A stretch of DNA of 63,140 nt, counting the filler, from Chiloscyllium plagiosum (Eukaryota): NCBI RefSeq assembly GCF_004010195.1. It is 5 parts of one record of this genome, joined end to end, with 100 filler letters (N's around TTAATTAATTAA, not from the genome) between each part and the next. Parts side by side here need not be neighbours in the genome. Positions count along the whole stretch, not along the records: positions 24,015 to 35,371 come from NC_057710.1; positions 35,472 to 43,802 come from NC_057710.1; 3 more parts are not named here. One strand, 5' to 3'. This document shows, one piece after another, positions 24,059 to 35,990 of the stretch (within the stretch, counting starts at the first letter, position 1; each line of letters begins with the position of its first letter). The notes under the pieces are model-generated. The model did no database searches, was not told the DNA's origin, and saw nothing but the letters and a program-made list of their open reading frames with translations. The position numbers were made by a program, and so were the translations under genes.

Positions 24059-24094
24059 ATTCCTGATGAAGGGCTTTTGCCCGAAACGTCGATT
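24059..24094 (+). ncRNA. Minimal type I hammerhead ribozyme motif in a Penelope-like 3' end (24015-24150)
   Basis: CUGAUGA-A-GGGC-UUUU-GCCC-GAAAC-GUC: intact core, stem II and GUC cleavage triplet. Confidence 0.8.
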
Positions 24095-24154
24095 TTGCTG
24101 CTCCTCGGATGCTGCCTGAACTGCTGTGCTCTTCCAGCACCACTAATCCAAAAT

Positions 24155-24600
24155 AAGATCATAAGACGTCGCACCACAAATCGGCCATTCAACCTATCAA
24201 ATCAACGCTGCTATTCAGTGAGATCATGATTAATCTAATAACCCTCAACTCCATTTTCCTGCTTTACCCCCCATAACCTCTGATTCCATGACTGATAAGA
24301 AATCTGTCTTATATTGAAAAGATACTCAACCACTGTGACAGCCCTCTGTGGTAATGAATTCCATAGTTTCACCACCAGCTTAAGGTACCTTAAATGGGCA
24401 AGACCATCTTTTGAGATTATGTCCTCTGGTTCTGAACTTCCCACAAGGAGATCAATGTTGCCACATCTATCCTTTCAAGTCCCCTAACTACCTTAGATAT
24501 TTCAACAGCATTTCCTAACATTCTTCTAGCCTCCAATGATCACAAACCTAACTTATTCAACCTTTTATTATAACAGAATCCATCTATATCCAGGATCAAC
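24155..24600 (-). mobile_element. Old CR1 3' end
   Basis: VVKLWNSLPQRAV; tail ATAAGATCATAAGA. Confidence 0.8.
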
Positions 24601-24604
24601 CTGG

Positions 24605-25990
24605 TAACCTCCTTACTTTCCTAACTCTCCTTTCAAAAGATTGCATACTGCTGAATATTTGGTTCTCATTTTCAATCTCCTTGTAATCATTTCTCCATAA
24701 TGGCTATGAGATAATATCTATTTACCTCTTATTGTGCCATTAATTCATGTATTTTACTCCGTACATTCTTCAAAAAAAAATTAATCTTGCCTGTTTACTT
24801 TTTGAAAACCAGTGATCCCCACTTGGCATTTTTATTTCCTTTATGCTTATACAGAGGAACCTGCATTATCCGAAGGACACAGGTGGGAAGTATTTCATTC
24901 GGTTAATCGTATGCTGGATAATGGATGCTGGATAACATAGTTAGCCACACACTGGGACCTTGCGATCTTGCTCGGATCATCCGAAATTTGGTTAATTGAA
25001 AGCCGGATACTCGAGGTTCCTCTGTATATGTTGTCTGTTCCTGTCCCACTCTGGGTATTACCGTCAAAAATACTGCCCGATAATGTCACCCTTTCCTTTG
25101 GTTTTGTGTGTCTATTTTTCCCTCTTCCTGAACCTCACCCTCCTTTTATGTCATTTAAAGACCTAGGTATTCAATTCACCAGGAGAGTGGTACCAGCATT
25201 AAGTAAAGCCCATCCCACTGGAAGAGGCCTACCCTAGAACTAGTACCTGTGTCCCATAAACTGAAACCCAGTCCTCGCACACCAGACTATGAGGAACAAG
25301 TTTATCCCCTTGACTTTACTCACCTTGTGTCAATTTGCAAACAACTCAAGCAATAATTCTGAGATGATCACCTTAGAAGTTCCGGTATTTAATTTTGCTC
25401 CTAACTGTCCAAAGTCTTTCAGCACAGCCTTCTTTCTAGTCTTATTAATGATGTTGATATCAATGTGGATGACAACAACAGGACCCCTCACCTTTGGTTT
25501 CAGGGTCATCTCCAGCCCACAGGAGAAGTTATTAACCCTGCCATTAGGCAGGCAACACAGCCGAGGGCTGCAGTGAATAGTATGTACCTCCTGAATTATA
25601 TTGCCCCCTACTACTGTTATGTTCTTCTCCTATAACATTGTACCACAGTCATGTCGCTTATCCTACTCGCAGTCAACACTCTCATCCACAGTTTCCACGA
25701 GACAGAGGCTCCGCAAGAGCTGTCTTTGGATCTCCATACTTGCCTCACCCACAATCACACCCACCTGATCACAGACCAATTGTGAATTACCTCGTCAAAG
25801 GGGCGTGACTGCTTCTGACAGCAAAGTGTCCAGATATCGCCCCCCTCCCCCCCTGCAGCTCCATCTTCAGTTCTTCAACTTTGGATTCGAGTTGAGGAAC
25901 CGAAGGTGGAGCTGCAGATGGGAGTGTTACCTGGACACTTTGCTACAGATGTGTTCACTGTGGATCATCTTGATGTCCCACATAAATGAA
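24605..25990 (-). mobile_element. Decayed CR1 5' half: esterase-type ORF1 and endonuclease N-terminus
   Basis: Minus-strand relics GPVVVIHID (~25470), QLGAKLNTGTSKVIISELL (~25370) and NVRSKIHELMAQ..YLIAIME (~24720). Confidence 0.65.
24852..25024. mobile_element. pogo/Tigger-type MITE, 173 bp
   Basis: TA-CAGAGGAACCTGCATTATCC ... GGATACTCGAGGTTCCTCTG-TA. Confidence 0.9.
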
Positions 25991-27559
25991 TTAATTTGAA
26001 TGAAATGTCAATCCATACTTGCATGCAAATAGATTACCACACATCTTTGAAATTCTTCTCTTCAGCCATTCTGGGAATAGTTTTAAACCTACCCACATAC
26101 TTGTGGTTTCATATGAAATGAGTAGAGGATTGAGGTGACCAACTCACAGTTACAAGAGGAACTGGTTATTATATTGAGGCTGTAGGTCTCAGAATTAGCC
26201 TGTCTTCCCACTTTAACCCTGGCTGGCTCATTTTCCTGGTTGTCAGGAAAGCTGGTACCGAAAACGTGATGAGGACGACTGGCTTCAAGTGCTGCCTTAC
26301 CATTTATTGTTGAGTTCAGTTTATAAACATTACCCACTTGCTCTAATTGGACACAAACCCTCGCCTCAATCCTCTCAATCTCCTCCATCACCAACTCCTC
26401 TAATCTCATCTGAACACCAAACTTTCTGACACCGGCATTTCCGATCCCCTTCCTGAGGCCCCTGATACACTCCCATTTCCCCACCCACAAAGGCTTCTGG
26501 TGTCTTCCTCCTTTCTAGCCCTCCAGTATCACACTGTAGAATTGAACCAAAGGCCTATCTATCTGACAGTCAGTCTCTCAGTCGAGGTGAAAGAGGCTGA
26601 AGTTAGGAAATAGAGACAAATAATGTACATCAGCACTTGCTGTTAAATGGAACACAGCCTGACAGAAAACCAATCTATCAGCTTGCTCAATCTCAACCAG
26701 TAACCTGACTTTGCCTGTGCCTTTCAGTTAATACCAGAACCTTTATATGCTCCTTGTGTTGTGATGTTTTAAAATCATCATCAATCACTCCCTTTGAAGC
26801 AAGTTTGATGGAAACTCCCCATTTTAAAATATGAATGGTTACAAATGATCTCACACTGATCTCAATCACAACACAGGGTGTCGTGTTTTCTTTGTATTGT
26901 AATTTGATAAATGCAAAGACAACCATCTTACTTGATGTAAAAGCAGAGCACTGTGGATTCTAAAGACCTGAAATTAAACAGAAATTGCAGGTGCAGCAGC
27001 ATCTGTGGGGACAGAAACAGAGTTCTTTGAAAGAGTCATTTCAGACTCGATACACTAAGTCTGGTTCCTCTCTCCACAGCTGCTGGCAGACATGCTGAGT
27101 TTCTCCAGTATTTTCTGTTTTTCATCTTTCCTGAAGAGTGGGCTTGAACGAGGTAAGAGTGCAGCAAAAGTGTAAGCCCCGGTGAGGCTATAAGTGTGAA
27201 TCCTGGTGTTATAACTCATTGTGATCTTTCGTGGAACAGTCAGGCCTGATGGGGCAGAGCCAGAAATTGGGTCAGGAGGTTTGGGATCTTTTCGACTGAA
27301 AAGGACAATCCTTAGCATGAAATTAGTGCCATAGGCAAGACACTGAAGAGGGAGAGGCAAGGCTGGAGATGTGTGTTCCAAGGTTCACTTTTGGAGTACT
27401 GTGAGAGTACTGGTCAACTTATTAAAGGAAGGATGTAACCATGTTGGAAGCACTTCAGAGAGAGCTTGCTGGACTAACACCAGAAGTGAGGACTGCAGAT
27501 GCTGGAGATAAGAGTCGAGAGTGTGGCACTTGTAGAGTATTAGCAGAGTAAGAGTCGAC

Positions 27560-27830
27560 TGGGTAAAAGCATATAACACCCTGGTGGTATTGACACAGTG
27601 AATATGGGAGAACTTAGAACAGGTTCAAAGTAGTTTCAAAACAAGGGGTCACCCATTTAAAACAGGGACGCGGACGAATATTTTTCTCACAAAGGGGCCA
27701 GAATCTTTGGACCTCTCATCTTCAAATGTTGGTAGAAGCACACTTTGAATATTTGAAAGGCAAAAGTAGATGGACTCTTGATAAGCAAGGAGATGAAAGG
27801 TTATTGGGGAAGGTAAGGATATGGAGTAGT
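27560..27830 (+). mobile_element. CR1 3' fragment
   Basis: KTRGHPFK..FFSQR-like relic. Confidence 0.6.
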
Positions 27831-27835
27831 GAAAT

Positions 27836-29160
27836 CACAGAAACACAGAAAATAGATGCAGGCATGGGCCATTTGGCCCTTCAAGCCTGCATCACCATTC
27901 AATATGATCATGAAAATACAGCATCCCATTCCTGCTTTCTCTCAATACCCCTTAATCCCTTTAACCACAAGGGCCATGTCCAACTCCCTCTTGAATATAT
28001 CTAACAAAAAGGTGCCAACAGCTTCCTGTGGGAGAGAATTCCACAAGTTCACAACTCTCTGGATGAAGGAATTCTTCCTCATCTCAGTCCTGAATGGCTT
28101 ACCCTTAATTCTTAGCAAGTGACCCCTAGTTCTGGACTTCCCCCAACATTGGGAACAGTCTTCCTACATCTAGCCTGTCCAGTCTCATCAGATTTTAATG
28201 TTTCTATGAGACTCTCCCCTCATTCTTCGAAATTCCAGTGAGTGCAAGCCTAGTCGATCCGGTCTTTCTTCATATGTCAGTCCTGCCATCCCAGGATTCA
28301 GTCTGGTGAACCTTCACTGGACTCCCTCAACAGGAAAAATGTCCTTTCTCAGACTAGGAGATGAAAACTACACACAATACTCAAGATGTGGCCTCCCTAC
28401 GGCCCTTTTCAGTCGAAAAGATCCCAAACCTCCTGACCCAATTTCTGCAGCAATACATCCTACTTTGCTACTCAAATCCTCTCACTATGAAGGGTGTTCA
28501 TGCCATTAGCTTTCCTCAGCACCTGCTGCACCGGCATGCCAACCTTCAGTGACTGTTACACCATGACACCCAGGTCTTGTTGCACCTCACCTTTTCCTAA
28601 AATTCAGCTGCCTCCCTATTTTTGCCACCAAAGTGGATGACATCACATTTATTGACATCGTATTGTATTTGCCAAGCATCTGCCCACTCGGCCAACCGGT
28701 CCAAGTCACCCTGCAGCCTCTGAGCATCCTCCTCACAGCACACCTTGCCACCCAGCTTAGTGTCCTTTGCAAATTTGTAGATATTGCATTCAATTCCATC
28801 ACCCAAATCTTTTATGAAGATTATGAACAGCTGGGGTCCCAGCACTGAAGCCTTCGGTATTCCACTTGGCACCGCTTGCTACTCTGAAAAGGACCCCTTT
28901 ATTACAACTCTCTGCTTCCTGTCTGTGAATCAGTTCTCTACTTACCCTCAATATCATGAGCTTTAATTTTGCTTGTGTGAAACCTTATCAAAAGCCTTTT
29001 GAAGTCTAAAAGTCCAGACGCACAAAATCTACTGATTCACCCTTGACTACTGGTCACACCCTCAAAACATTCCAGAAGATTGTCAAGCATGATTTCCCTT
29101 TATTGAATCCATGCTGATTTGGACAGATTCTGTCACCGCTTGCCAAATGCTCAGTTTTTA
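27836..29160 (-). mobile_element. CR1 LINE RT to 3' tail
   Basis: SGIPKASVLGPQLF...KFAKDTKLGG...LQGDLDRL in ORF 28597..28872. Confidence 0.9.
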
Positions 29161-29304
29161 CATTAGGGATGATCGTATCATCCAGCAGAGTGAGCTTAAG
29201 TGGCTGAGTGACCTACTCCTGCTCCTAATTGAAATGTTATCTCAACATCCTCCGGCCATCCTGCGGTGGTTGAGCTGTTGGGTTTTACGTTCCTCAGAGG
29301 CTGC

Positions 29305-29600
29305 AGCTGTAATGTGATAATGCCCAGAAAATCTGTTTCTGTGATGTTGACTGAATGATAAATATCGATGAGGACACTGGGGATAACTCAACTGCTTTTC
29401 CTTGTAATACCGCATTGGGATTTTATTATGATCTCACAATCAGGGAAATGGGGTTTTGGATTAACATCTTATCCAAAAAGCTGCACCCCTGACAGTGCTG
29501 CACTTCCTCAGTGCAGCACTGAAGTATCAGCCTTAATTATTGTTCTCAAGTCCATCAGCACGGTTTGAACCCAGAATCTGACTCAGGAGCAAGTATTGAT
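29305..29600 (-). mobile_element. Deu-domain SINE
   Basis: TTAACATCTTATCCAAAAAGCTGCACCCCTGACAGTGCTGCACTTCCTCAGTGCAGCACTG resembles the Deu domain; B-box relic GGTTTGAACCC. Confidence 0.7.
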
Positions 29601-30239
29601 GGTCATATAGGTTCAGTTATGGTGCTATTTTGTTATAATGTACAGGTTTACTGGGCTCTTCTGGCACAATGACAGTATCCTTAACTCTGAGGTAAGAGGG
29701 CTGGGTTCAAGTCCTATTTGCTCCACAAGTGTGTAATACTATCTCTCAGTGGATTGCTTAGCAATGTCCTGGTTACAGTACCTCTGATTTTCATCTTGCG
29801 TTCATGAAGCTTTTGTCTTGAATTCAAACAGTGTTGATTTAAACAAGCAGAGTCAGTAATATTGTACACCTTCATGTCCTTTCTTTGAAAATACAGGGGA
29901 GTTTATCACCGAGTGCCTTTATTTCCCCAGGCAACAGTTTGGGCAATGATATCTTGCAGCATCTCGGTGTGGACCGCAAGTGCAGCAGCAATTTTGCTCA
30001 CTGACAGCAACTCCATTTTTCTATGTCCCAACATGAAAAATGTGCTCTGTAAATACCTTCCAGGAGCCATGGACACGTACTTGGGATATAGCAATGAATG
30101 TGGGATTGATTGCTTGAGGAAACGGATTGTTCTGAAGAACAAAATGAGACAATAACACTGAGACTGAAAGTAATGAGAAAGCTGCAGCATGAGAACAGAA
30201 CTGGAGGGGGGAGTGGATGTGTGGCCCCTCAAATTGCTC

Positions 30240-32410
30240 TTTCATTCCAATAGATCATGCCAGACCTACACTGACTCTGTTTTCCATCCTATCCTTGTAC
30301 CCCTTAATTCCCAAAACTCTCAAACCCAAAATCAGTTTCTAATGTATTCAAGAATTAAACAACTCTGAGAGAGAATTCCAAAAAATTAAAATGCTGAGTG
30401 GAAGGAGAGCTTTCCGCATGTCAGCTCATAATGGCCAACAAACAATCTATCATCTCAGGATGAGATGATATTAGTAGGAGATATTGAGGTTCTGCACTGG
30501 GGCTGGAAGTGGGAGGTTGCACTATTGTCCACAAGGTCCAGTCCTGAATCTATAGCTGTGGAATGATGGTACCTCAATGGCAAGGTATATTTGAAGAGCA
30601 GGTGCTGCTGTCATCTCACAAATGTTCCTATGTATGTGCAGGAAAAATGTCTTATTCCTTGAATTCAAATCCCTCCTAAACTTCCAGTATAATGGCTTCC
30701 ACACAACCATTTGCCTTTTCATTGTTGCTATACCTGCCTGTTCCCTCTGTCATTCATGTACAAGGACATTCAGACTCATCTAAATACCAATAACAACTTG
30801 ACTTTCACTTATTAAAATATAATCTCCTTTCCCATACTTCTGACTAAAGTAAATAATTTCACATTTTGCCTTGGCATACACCATTTGCCATCTCCTTGTT
30901 CAATCATTTAACTGATCTATATCACTTTCTTAACTCCTTAAATCTTACTCACACTTACAGTCCCAGCTAGTGTTGCATTATTCACAATTTTCAGTACATT
31001 ACACTTGAACTTTTAATCTAACCATTGATAAAGATTGTAAAATATAACAAGCAGAATTCAATGAGGAATACCTTGCCTTCCCAAAAATGACCTTTATTCC
31101 ATGTATCTATATTCTGTCCATTCATAAATCCTCTAACCATGGAAAATACATTATCCCAATGCCATGAGCCAGAAATGTATGTAGCAATCTCAAGTATGGC
31201 ATCTTAATAAATGTCCTCCGAAGTTTAAAATATATTACCCTCACTCATACTATTTTGATTTATCTTCCTCGTCATGCCCTTAAAAAAAATGTCCATTGGA
31301 TCTGTTAAAGACAAATTCCTTTTCATAAAAACTTTGTTCACTTGGTGTATGCTGGGTGGTTTAATGGAAATGTAAAGTGAATGATCTGCAATGACTAGTT
31401 GCATTAACATTAAGCTCAAAAATGAGTATGTCTGAGCGTTTGGCTATAATTTGGGATACACGTTCAGCTTCAAGTTAATAAGCCCAAAGGTTTACTCCTC
31501 CAAACAGGGATCACACTTGAAACCCACTTGCTCCCAATACAGTCCCATTAATAATTCTGTTTTATGCCATCAGAAACTGATCTCTTCCTTTTTTAATCAA
31601 ATACTCAACCTCTGCATCCCTCTGCTCCATTGTTGCGAATTTCATCCTTACCTCTCCAACCTCTCTTGTCAATTGAACCTCACTTCTTCAAGATGGAGAA
31701 TACCTCTCTCTCTTCTTGATCTATCTGACATGCATCATTGTGAAATTTTAAGTCTCTTTGGAAATCCATTGTATGACCATGTTGAACTTATCCTGATCTA
31801 TACTTTTTCAGTCCAAAATGGATAATCTCATTTATTTACATTAACCTATCAAACACAGTTTTGCATTTCAGCTAGTTTATCAATAACTCTTTGTAATTTA
31901 ATACCAACATCTACACTGTCTTACAGTGCCACTTAACTTCATGTTATTAGTAAATTTGGATATATGGCTTTCAATGCTGTTAAGGAAATCAATAAATAAT
32001 GTGAATAATTGAGCCCCTAAATACTGATCCTTGTAGGGCACCACTGGTCACTTCCTGCCAATTTGAATAACTAGCCATTATCCATACTTTCTATCACCTG
32101 CTATTCAACCAATTTCTCAGCCGTGTCAGTAACTTGTGGAATTCTATCAAATGCCTTCTGAAAGACCATATAAACATCATCCATGCACACTCCCTGTCCA
32201 CCATTTCAGTCAACTCCTCAAAAAATTCAACAAGGTTTGTCAGGCATGACCTAACTCTCATTAATCCATGGTGGCTCTCCCTCATTAACTGAAAACTTTC
32301 AAGGTCTTCAGTTACTACATCCTACTCAGACTTCGGCAATTGCCCCACCATAGATAATAAGCTAACTATACTGTACTTCCCTGGCTTTCCTCTCTTGCCC
32401 TCTTTGTAAC
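30240..32410 (-). mobile_element. Two or more old CR1 RT fragments
   Basis: ESHHGLMRVRSCLTNLVEFFEE in ORF 32094..32285; similar decayed sequence at 30650-31340. Confidence 0.65.
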
Positions 32411-32621
32411 AAATAGGACCAAAGGGATAAAATGGCAAATACATTGCATTCAGAATGAAATTAATTGAAGAAAGGAAAGGACCCAGCTGACAATCTACTT
32501 AGCTAGCACCCAAACCCATTATCTATCTGGTAGCCGACCTTCCCAGCACACTAAACTCACACTTAACTTTCATGTTTATCATTTGATAGAAGCTGTCAGT
32601 GGCTGTGCATGGTTTTTGACC

Positions 32622-32790
32622 TTTAAATATCTCTCCACCCCCTCGGCTCATAAGCCTCATTCCTGATGAAGGGCTTATGCCTGAAACGTCGATTCTCCTG
32701 CTCCTTGGATGCTACCTGACTGGCTGTGTTTTTCCAGCACCACACTCTCGACTCTGATCTCCACCATCTGCAGTCCTCACTTTCTCCTAA
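32622..32790 (+). mobile_element. Penelope-like 3' end with hammerhead motif (32663-32690)
   Basis: CTGATGA-A-GGGC-TTAT-GCCT-GAAAC-GTC. Confidence 0.85.
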
Positions 32791-34129
32791 GTCTAGTTTG
32801 TCAACGATCTTCCAGCCTGCTGCCAATTGAGGCCCTTAAGCGATATTCACCCAGTAATCAGTATGTATAAAGCCTAAACAAAATCCTGTCAGGATGTTGC
32901 CTCTGATACTCAGCAACACCCACTGTGTTATTCATTTTCGTAAATGGAATTAAAAGGAAATGTTGGAACACCACTAAAGGAGTAACTGGTACTCTACGTA
33001 CTGACCAGATATTTTAATTCAAGTGTCAAGAATCAATCACATAATTGATGGATTATGTCACAGACATGCTCAAGTCTTTCGTTACACAGTAATAAAACAG
33101 AATTAATGGCCCACCATTCCCTTAGCTTGTCATTTGTTATCTTCATAAGAAGTAACAACATCAACAAACAACTTGTACTTATATTGCATTCAGTTCTGAA
33201 AAAGATACATATTGGACAGAAACTCTGTTTCTCTCTCCACAGATGCTACCAGGTCTGCTGTTGGGTTCCTCCGGCACTTCTTGTGTTTAATTCAGATCTC
33301 CAACATCTGCAGTTCTTTCCTTTTATTTGCATTTGTATAGTTCCCTTAACATAGAAATATCCCAAAATCTACAAGAAAATCAATATCTACTAAATTGCTA
33401 TGAACACTTCCAGAAAAGCAGCTCCTAAGATTTCTGCTTTTTCTTTATTGAGTCAGTGACTAACCTCAATTCTAAGTGACGCTCAGTGAGCTTCCTGACT
33501 GAGGAAAATCCTAAAATGATGGCTGACGATAAAAAGGGGCGAGTAATCTAAAGTTGTATGGATTCTTTATTTGTAAGGAATTTCACAGGAGGTAGAACAC
33601 AGAAATGGACTATTTGGTCCAACTGATTCACAGTGGTGTTTTTGCATTACATGATCTTCCATTCGTCCCTCCTCTCTGTCAGAAACCCAAAGTACAGTAT
33701 AAACTTTTAAACTATAATTTCATTTTTTTTCTAAAGGATTGAGACAGCAAAAAATGTGAATCAAGTGTCTGACTGAAGAGGGAGAGACCCCTGGAAAATC
33801 ACACTTACGGATGCAAAAGGAACCTCCGAAAACAGCCTTTCAAATGGGGGAAGCAGCAAGTCAACGTAGACTGGACTGTGATCCCTTATGTCTACAAAGA
33901 TAATGAAAGGCTGGTAACTCCTTGCTCAACAGCAAGCCATCCCCTGTAGATTTTGGCCTGCAGATACATTTTGTGTTTCCATTCTACTGGCAAGTGTTGG
34001 TGGGACTGAATGTTCTCATTTATTATAATGGGATCGCATCATTGAAGGTCATAGTCTAGGAACAATCCCCAAATCATTTCTGCACTGCAGTTAAAAACAT
34101 TATGCTGTAAAATAGACAAAGAGATACAA

Positions 34130-34610
34130 GATAATGACTGGACCTATATTCATGAGTGTTTATAAGAATGAGAAGAAATCTGATTGAAATGTATAAAGCT
34201 TTCTCAAGGCTAGACAGACTAAATCCAGGAAGGATGTTTCTTCTGGATGGGAAGTTTCGAACCAAGGGTCACAGTCTCAGGATTGAAAATGTGTTGCTGG
34301 AAAAGCGCAGCAGGTCAGGCAGTATCCAGGGAACAGGAGAATCGACGTTTCGGGCATAAGCCCTTCTTCAGGGATGTGCCTCATTCCTGAAGAAGGGCTT
34401 ATGCCCGAAACGTCGATTCTCCTGTTCCCTGGATGCTGCCTGACCTGCTGCGCTTTTCCAGCAACACATTTTCAGCTCTGATCTCCAGCATCTGCAGACC
34501 TCATTTTCTCCTCACAGTCTCAGGATACCAAGTATGCCATTCAGGACAAGAAGAAGAAACAGTTTTTCACTCAAGAGGGTAATCAACCTGTGGAATTTGC
34601 CTAGAGCAAT
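34130..34610 (+). mobile_element. CR1 3' fragment, host of the hairpin insertion
   Basis: RMRRNLIEMYK...RTKGHSLRI; resumes after the TSD with FFTQ..NLWN. Confidence 0.8.
34284..34511. mobile_element. Hairpin Penelope-like insertion, intact hammerhead core on both strands, 15-bp TSD
   Basis: CTGAAGA-A-GGGC-TTAT-GCCC-GAAAC-GTC at 34387-34414 (+) and 34344-34371 (-); TCACAGTCTCAGGAT at 34269-34283 and 34512-34526. Confidence 0.92.
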
Positions 34611-34861
34611 AAAGTGATGACAGAACAAGGCTTCACAAACTGGGTGTTGGACAGCAAATCATCTCACAAGTTGAAATTTTAGGGTCAATAGCAATGGCTG
34701 TCATAGAGCTCTGACAGATCTGTTCCTGCTTTAACAAACAGGTCACTGCACTTGTACCTTAGGCTTCCTCCCCCAGCCCCAAAACCCGGACTACACCCAC
34801 TCCTCCAACCAAGGCTTTCAATAACGGGGCATGACAGGGTTCCTGCCTGAAATTGAAGTCA

Positions 34862-35371
34862 CAATAAACAATAGGTGCAGGAGTAGGCCATTCTGCCCTT
34901 CGAGCCTGCACCACCATTCATTATGATCATGGCTGATCATCCTCAATTAGTATCCTGTTCCTGCATTACCTCCATAACCCTTGATTCCACTATCTTTGAG
35001 AGCTCTATCCAACTCTTTCTTAAACAAATCCAGAGACTGGGCCTCCACTGCCCTCTGGGGCAGAGCATTCCACACAGCCACTACTGTCTGGCTGAAGAAG
35101 TTTCTCCTCATCTCTGTCCTAAATGGCCCACCCCTTATTTTTAAGCTGTGTCCTCTGGTTCGGGACTCACCCATCAGCGGAAAATGTTTCCTGCCTCCAG
35201 AGTGTCCAATCCTTTAATAATCTTATACGTCTCAATCAGATCCCCTCTCAGTCTTCTAAACTCAAGGATATACAAGCCCAGTCACTCCAATCTTTCAATA
35301 TAAGATAGTCCTGCCATTCCAGGAATTGACCTCGTGAACCTACGCTGCACTCCCTCAATAGCCAGAATGTC
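34862..35371 (-). mobile_element. Young CR1 3' end
   Basis: ESRTRGHSLKIRG..RRNFFSQ..WNALPQ; (CAATAAA) tail. Confidence 0.92.
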
Positions 35372-35679
35372 NNNNNNNNNNNNNNNNNNNNNNNNNNNNN
35401 NNNNNNNNNNNNNNNTTAATTAATTAANNNNNNNNNNNNNNNNNNNNNNNNNNNNNNNNNNNNNNNNNNNNCATAACTGCTGATTTTACCTTGGAGGCCA
35501 TTAGAGACCAAATGACTGAGCTCACTTGTAGTCCTTTGCAATTCTGCATGACTTGCCCCGATTGACCTAAAGCAGTCATGATATTTATATCATGTTCTTT
35601 GCTTCTTAAAGAATCAAGGTGCAACTAACTGTATGTGTACAGCTATTTGCACACTTACCAGTAACACTGCGGCTGCAAT

Positions 35680-35990
35680 CTGTGGTGGCAAAATCACTAG
35701 ACTGGAATTGCAGAGCCCCAGTCTAATGTTCTGGAGAACATGGGTTAGAATTCAACTATTGATAAATGGCAAAATTTGAATTTAATGAAAAGCAGATATA
35801 ATAATGATCACGTGACCAATGCTGATTGTCATTTTAAAAAATTGGTTCACTGATGTCCGTTAAGGGAAGAAATCTGCCATCCTTACTTGCTTTGGCCTAC
35901 ATATGACTCCAAAACACAAAATATGATCGACTCTAAATTACCTTAGCAATAAAGACACATCCATCCAGTAATGACTTCATTATATGAACC
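35680..35990 (+). mobile_element. SINE family B, degenerate
   Basis: TGGTTCACTGATGTCCGTTAAGGGAAGAAATCTGCCATCCTTAC body. Confidence 0.75.

Noticed and set aside
29910..30131. GHRKMELLSVSKIAAALAV..IIAQTV gave an impression of a CCDC81-like HU domain
   Set aside because: Resemblance from memory only; no neighbouring exons with matching motifs were found; it needs an HMM search
33737..33913. + strand acceptor/donor pair
   Set aside because: Stops in all three frames and no supporting neighbours
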